DNA of 61,274 bases, filler included, from Streblomastix strix (taxonomy: Eukaryota), in the NCBI GenBank assembly GCA_008636045.1. It is 4 parts of 4 records of this genome, joined end to end, with 100 filler letters (N's around TTAATTAATTAA, not from the genome) between each part and the next. Parts side by side here need not be neighbours in the genome. Positions count along the whole stretch, not along the records: positions 46,037 to 61,274 come from SNRW01001015.1; 3 more parts are not named here. One strand, written 5' to 3'. How positions within the stretch are numbered: the first letter of the stretch is position 1; each line of letters opens with the position of its first letter. The notes under the pieces were generated by a model that had not been told where the DNA came from, did not search any database, and worked only from the letters and a program-made list of their open reading frames with translations. Positions 55,867 through 61,274 of this stretch are shown one piece after another. The position numbers and the translations under genes are program-made.

Positions 55867-57044
55867 ATGATTTATGTAAATTATTTAGGAATTGATAAGA
55901 AAATTATAGAAACTATGAAATTTAGACCGTATAATATTGAATTAATAATTAATAATATGATATTCATTTTTCATTTCATAAATGACTTTTGTGGAGATAT
56001 AATCAGTTACATTCACTGATAATTCTATGTTAGAAGAATACAAAGCCAAACCACTGACAAGAAATTAATTTTTATTAATTAACGATAATCATTATATCAT
56101 CGGAACGGTTGGTTCTGGAAAATATCTTTGTAATGCAAGCCGATTATAATATAAAAACAGCAAATCAACCCATTTATTTTATATTTCTCTAATTTCGGTG
56201 CTGATGAGACGATGGCATTGAACTTAAACTCCAAAAACATCGTGTAAACCAATATTACTTATTATGAGGTAATGTTTTTCTAACTGAGATTTGATGAAAT
56301 AAAGTATGTAGTAAAAGAAATCTATACATTTTAGAAATTATGCGAAATAAATACATAATTCAAATCAGATTTTAAACAATGAATGAAAGTTAGAATACTT
56401 ATATAATATTCTATTAAATATAATCCTGTAAGAATCGCTAATTCATCATCAGCACAACAATTGGAAAAACCTAAGAATTATGCTAGACGAATTGCTGAAA
56501 TATTTCGCTAAGAATATACAGAGATTATAACTAAATTTAGTGTTCCAACGATAATAATGCGGTTTATAGTCTCTGCAATGATATGTAATGTATATTTCGA
56601 AAGGAAAATTCAGATTTCGTATGATGACAATGATTCAGAGTTAAAAATAATGAAAATTCTTGTACTAATTCACATTGAACTGTTGAATTCATTATTAATT
56701 TTCGATTATATATAGGATGTAATGCAGATATTTAACTAATTTCATCAGTATAATCCAGAAAAATTACATATTTAGTTCCATGTTCACGACACAGCAACAA
56801 TACTGTGTTTTTCGTTGCTAAACGACCAGGTTACTTATTAAAAACTGCAAGAATCTTATCACATATTATGAGTTTAGGTGTAAATCTTAGCGAAAGTGAT
56901 TTGATGCGGACATATTAAGAGAATTCTATTTATAATCTTGATTTTGATGAATTAAAGCCACTGTGTGGTACCCTTAACAAATTTGAATTCATTGTTCTTA
57001 ATAAATGGTTATCAAAATTCGAATTATTGAAGAACGATCGCTGA
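55867..57044 (+). pseudogene. A32-like (FtsK/HerA) DNA-packaging ATPase
   Basis: Walker A YIIGTVGSGK (~56095-56121), Walker B-like SLLIFD (~56690), SRHSNNTVFFVA (RH motif, ~56785); frameshifted. Confidence 0.78.
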
Positions 57045-57815
57045 ATAATGTGTGTAATATTTATTTTTGTGTTTCATGGAAATGAATTTGGCATAAACGC
57101 TTAATTATCGATATACATAAGTAATTCGCTAAATTATTTAATTTCATTTCTAATATTTCATACAATTTCAGAAAAAATCATCAAGTTCCAACAGTTAATT
57201 ATTGGGAAATATGTATTAATTAACAATAGATAAATAAAGCATTTTAATTTTCGCATCTATAGATAATGTCTTGAATTTTGCAATGAAACTTGAAATCAAC
57301 GGTTTAATGACATTAAAAAATATAGAATTATTAAATAATGATTTTTTTGGAAAAATATCAACTTTTGAATAAGAAATTAATGTAATTTTAAAATTTTTCA
57401 GTAAATTTACGTAAGATATTGGAGATATTTAATAATAATTTATTGAAATTCACGATGAATTAGCTAGATAACCTCATTTTAGAGGTAATTATTTATTGAA
57501 TGCTGAGATACAAGCATTAGATAAATCTACTAACGGAGATTTTGCATTTCCAGCTTAAAGTGGAATAGTGTGGATGTATGAAACTAATTGGTTTGACAGT
57601 GCATAAATAGTTCCTGATTAAGTTACTCTAATATCTGATGCACTATCTATTGCTGATGGTGTAAATGGAACTAAAACTAATATTGGCGGAACTGCCGGAA
57701 TAAGTACAGAATATAGTCATGCAGATCATAGTTATCCAAAAAATGTATAAACGAATGATTCAATTAAACCAAATGAATCATCAGCAACTGGAGATATAAG
57801 ATCTTCAAATAAATA

Positions 57816-59344
57816 CACTTCGAAAAAAATTTATTTGAGACGGTTAAATGTTTTATTTATTTAATGTATATATATAATTAATATATTATATTATTTTGTT
57901 TTAATAATATATAAAATATATTATTATATATATGTATAATATATTATTTTAAATTACTTACAGATCTTTTTTTGCAATTTTTCTGGAATGTATAAAAAAA
58001 ATAAATAAATAGTATATATTTGAGAAAATCATTCGAATGTTTATTTATAGATAAATAATGGAACATGAGTAATTTAGTATTTAATCCACTCCCCGTTGAC
58101 CTTTAACACTTTTATCAGTCGATTTGGTACAGACATAACTACTGTCTTGCGTTTTTCAGCGTCCAGTTTAGGCCATTCACGAAGAATTGCTTCTCGCAAC
58201 GTCTCTCTATCATTGTAGGACAATGCATCTCTATATACTGCTCTTGATATCTCAGTCCACCAATTCTCTATCGGACTGAGATCAGGTAACTTTGATGGGG
58301 CGTTAACATAATCAATTTCGTTTTCTTTTAGGAACTTGATTGTACTTCGAGCTACATGAATTGGTGCATCATCCTGATAAAGTTGGAATTTCACACCAGA
58401 GAACTTGGTTCTTGCTTCATCGAACAATATCTTTATAGCCTTCTGACAGTCTTCTGCTTTCCATTTTGTATCGATAAACTGAATGTTTGATTGGAAGTCT
58501 CGAGAATTTTCAGCGAAAATCATCACAGACTGCTTAAAATTCTTTGATCGTTGTTCAACCGGAGGAGAAACATCAGGAATATACCAACGCTTCAGCAAAC
58601 CTTCTGGACCGTAAAAATTGAACTTCTTTTCATCGACGGAAATTCTGACTTCGTAGTTTGGTGATTTCCGAATTCATTCCTCAGCGAACTCGACTCTGGC
58701 ATCTTTGTGCTTTGCACTCAAGTGGAATGGACGTTTTTCGCTATCGAACTCAGCTCCAATCTCACGCACGGCCTTTTTAAGAGTAGTCTCGCACAGCTTC
58801 GACCGTAATTCACGTTTCAATTCCGAAACATTTTTCAGCCTTTTCTTTTTCAGCACTCGCTTTATTCTTTCCTTCAAATTTGCTGTTAATGAAGTAGCTC
58901 CACCAAGACGCTTCACTATTCTACGCTTTTTCTGCCCTAATCGTATGATTCATGTATTGCAAAACAGAATTCTTCGCAACTTTTGTTCCACGAGCAATTT
59001 GACGCACTGTCTTGCCGGATTTTCGCAATGTCCTTATCTATTGTTGAATCTTGAGAGATAACAACCTAGGCATTTATTTATGAAACTCTAATAGTGGCTA
59101 GGTCTTGGGTACGTGATATGATTCGACCCTTAAATATCCCAGATATTTTTTAAAAATTTTCAACCGTTCACTGAATTTTTATTTTAAAATTAAATTTTAT
59201 CTACTATAATTATATAGTTAAGTTTTATACATTAAAAATAATATTTTATTTACTATATAAAAATTTTATTTTTTTATTATATTCACTCATATATGTCTAT
59301 ATATTTATTAAATATTTGTCTTAAATAATTAATTTAAATAAGTG
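57816..59344 (-). mobile_element. Tc1-family DNA transposon (1529 bp) with TA target-site duplication and imperfect TIRs
   Basis: TA|CACTT...TTATTTGAGAC at left and GTCTTAAATAA...AAGTG|TA at right; removing it restores the TAT codon of the fibre gene. Confidence 0.9.
58074..59073 (-). pseudogene. Tc1 DD34E transposase with one frameshift (~58940) and one TGA (58674)
   Basis: HTH GKTVRQIARGTKVAKNSV; SVDEKKFN, QDDAPIH, PDLSPIENWW with D-34-E spacing; ends GEWIKY-TAA. Confidence 0.92.
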
Positions 59345-59930
59345 TATGCCAAAGAAGATCATTAACATCCAATGTAATGCGATGACACGAAAAAACCTAT
59401 AAAAGATACTGAATTTGGAGAACCAGGAACTTTATTTAAATATCCAAGATTAGATCATACACATGCAATAAATATAGAAACTAACGATTCATTCATTCCA
59501 AAAGTTAATACAATTGCTGAAAATTACGGTTCAGCTGTCTCATACGCTAATTAAGATCACATTCATCCATAATAATTAACTTTTGATGGTAATACCACAG
59601 CAATCAGCTATATTAAATCAGTTGGAACAGCTAACGAATTATTATTAGCAAATGAAACAACTAAGCTAGTTGTTTTAGCAATTAGAGCGGATTACATATC
59701 AAAATCTGGAAAAAACATTTAATTATGTACCTTCAACATAATGATATAGAATAATTGTATATCTGTAGAATTTATATATTAAAATTGTTATGCTTAATTT
59801 TCAATAAGATTATATCTCTCAGGTCTTTTTGGATTATGTCCAAATATTTAATTTTAATATTGGAAATTTTGAAAATTTTAGAAAAATTAAAAAAAAGACA
59901 AATAACCATTATTTTATATTCATAATCTTT

Positions 59931-61021
59931 TCAATTATAGTACTGACCCTTGTTTTCGATGACATAGTCAATTCTTGTAGTCCAAGCTCTAAGTGTGTTC
60001 AGTAGTTGTGTACTCGGAATTGATTCCAAAATGTTGATGGCTGTAGCATGTGCTTCATCTCCGCTTGTGAAATGCATTCCTTTTAATTTAGACTTCAGAA
60101 TTCCAAATAAATAGTAATCACAGGCTTAGGGCCAAGAATAAGGAAGATGTTAGAATCTATTGGCAATAGAATTTTCAACGATTATTTTTGTTCTTGATGC
60201 TTTATGGGATGGTGCGTTATCGAATTTAATTGTGAAATATTTAGTGTTAATCTTATATATTACGTTAACTTTAGTTATTAATAGTACTAATACATCATTT
60301 ACGAATATTTCAGCATTCATATTTGATCCTTAAGGCAGTTAATGAACTATAAGGATTCAATCACCGGAAAATAAAACTGTCAGAATTATTTTGAGTGTTT
60401 CAATTAACTTTCTGTATCTTGTTGGTCGTGGCTCCTCTCTCCTTATGCATTGTGCATCTTATTCGTTATTAAAATATAACCAGGTTTCATCTCCAGTGGC
60501 AAATTTCTTGAGCCAGTCATCATCGAGAATTTTTACCTATATAGGCGTTGTTTTTGCAAATTACACCAATTAAATCTTATGCTATGGCTCTAATTTATGA
60601 GGTGCCCACTTAAGGCAAACATCAATGAACTCTGCATCATCCTAATTAATTCATTTGATTGATTTTTATCTTTCTAAAACGTATCAGCAAGTAATTTGAG
60701 TGAAATGAGAGTATTATCTTATTGAACTTCTACAATTCTTGGCCCTAAGCCTGTGTGTTTTGGTCTACCTGGTATCATTCCTATAGAAACAATGGGGTTT
60801 TCTCTCTTATATTTCTCGCTTAAGCTCTTGATAGTTTGAAATTTGGGAAATATCCTTCCATATTATTTATGTAGATTATCAAATGTTTAGTAGTTATCAA
60901 ATCCTTTCATAAACCTGTATTCAACGAGAACACTAAACTTCAGAAAATTTAATTGACTCAGTTAAACTGATATTTGATTGATGGTGATTGGAAAAACAAA
61001 TTTTGTTAATAAATGTAGCAT
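59931..61021 (-). pseudogene. mariner-type (DD34D-like) transposase, decayed
   Basis: GRPK, KWAPHKL, TGDETW, FDNAPSH, DYYLF; uses TAA/TAG as Gln; ends GQYYN-TGA. Confidence 0.88.
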
Positions 61022-61274
61022 TTAAAGTTTTATTACTCATTCATTAAACATTTATTATTATTTAATAAAAATATATTATTTAAATTATGTATTTATTAAA
61101 ATTAAAGGATATTTATGGCAAAATAAAAACAAAATCATAATTTTGATCATTAACTATTTAAGTGAAATAAATATTAAATGCTACATTTATTAACAAAATT
61201 TGTTTTTCCAATCACCATCAATCAAATATCAGTTTAACTGAGTCAATTAAATTTTCTGAAGTTTAGTGTTCTCG
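60925..61274. repeat. 101-bp perfect inverted repeat (60925-61025 vs 61174-61274) running to the contig end
   Basis: Exact reverse complement including the start of the mariner ORF, with a 148-nt AT-rich loop. Confidence 0.9.

Larger units (their letters stand above)
47400..59850. mobile_element. Polinton/Maverick-like endogenous virus, partial and heavily decayed (copy in contig 4)
   Basis: pPolB, rve integrase, ORF A/B, fibre 2, packaging ATPase and fibre 1 in one compact cluster. Confidence 0.87.
57076..59850 (+). pseudogene. Tail-fibre-like protein 1 homologue interrupted by a Tc1 insertion
   Basis: HFRGNYLLN, SGIVWMYE, IVPDQVT, EYSHADHSYP, then KY|AKEDHQHP across the insertion, YPRLDHTHA, DHIHP; collinear with 36098-38345. 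Confidence 0.8.

Noticed and set aside
40880..58676. TGA read as Trp (seen at likely Trp positions near 40885, 54383 and 58674)
   Set aside because: TGA also appears at likely Gly and Arg positions, occurs alongside frameshifts and ends intact genes; simple decay explains it.
2135..61000. Most short ORFs in the supplied track (e.g. 2135-2368, 5170-5406, 46092-46343, 58705-59061)
   Set aside because: They are antisense or off-frame shadows of table-6 genes, or AT-rich noise.
60925..61274. Hairpin telomere or TIR of a novel element
   Set aside because: The perfect arm duplicates coding sequence and stops at the contig end, as expected for an amplification fold-back chimera.

Overview
AT-rich eukaryotic DNA that reads in the TAA/TAG=Gln, TGA=stop code (NCBI table 6), so the supplied standard-code ORF track is badly fragmented. 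The code, an anaerobe-type flavodoxin-ferredoxin and the repeat content fit an oxymonad such as Streblomastix strix (inference). The window is four apparently unrelated ~15.2-kb contigs (1-15255, 15356-30597, 30698-45936, 46037-61274) joined by artificial N/TTAATTAATTAA/N linkers. Contig 1 holds a very long Furry/Tao3-like gene and a low-complexity gene fragment. Contigs 2-4 each carry decaying pieces of one family of Polinton/Maverick-like endogenous viruses. Across these copies I see a protein-primed PolB (IQ-like motifs at the N-terminus, inserted HNH-like Zn domain), an rve integrase, an A32-like packaging ATPase, a conserved divergent pair of unknown ORFs, two phage-tail-fibre-like genes and a 69-aa peptide resembling adenovirus protein VI. 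No major capsid gene was recognised. Contig 2 also has two tandem Prim-Pol/SF3 primase-helicase pseudogenes bracketed by inverted arrays of 9-bp repeats. Other elements are a DIRS-like RT fragment, a Tc1 (DD34E) element inserted in a viral fibre gene with standard-code-like codon use, a mariner element, a hAT relic and a tail-anchored EFR1-like flavodoxin-ferredoxin. All translations were done by eye and pseudogene boundaries are approximate.
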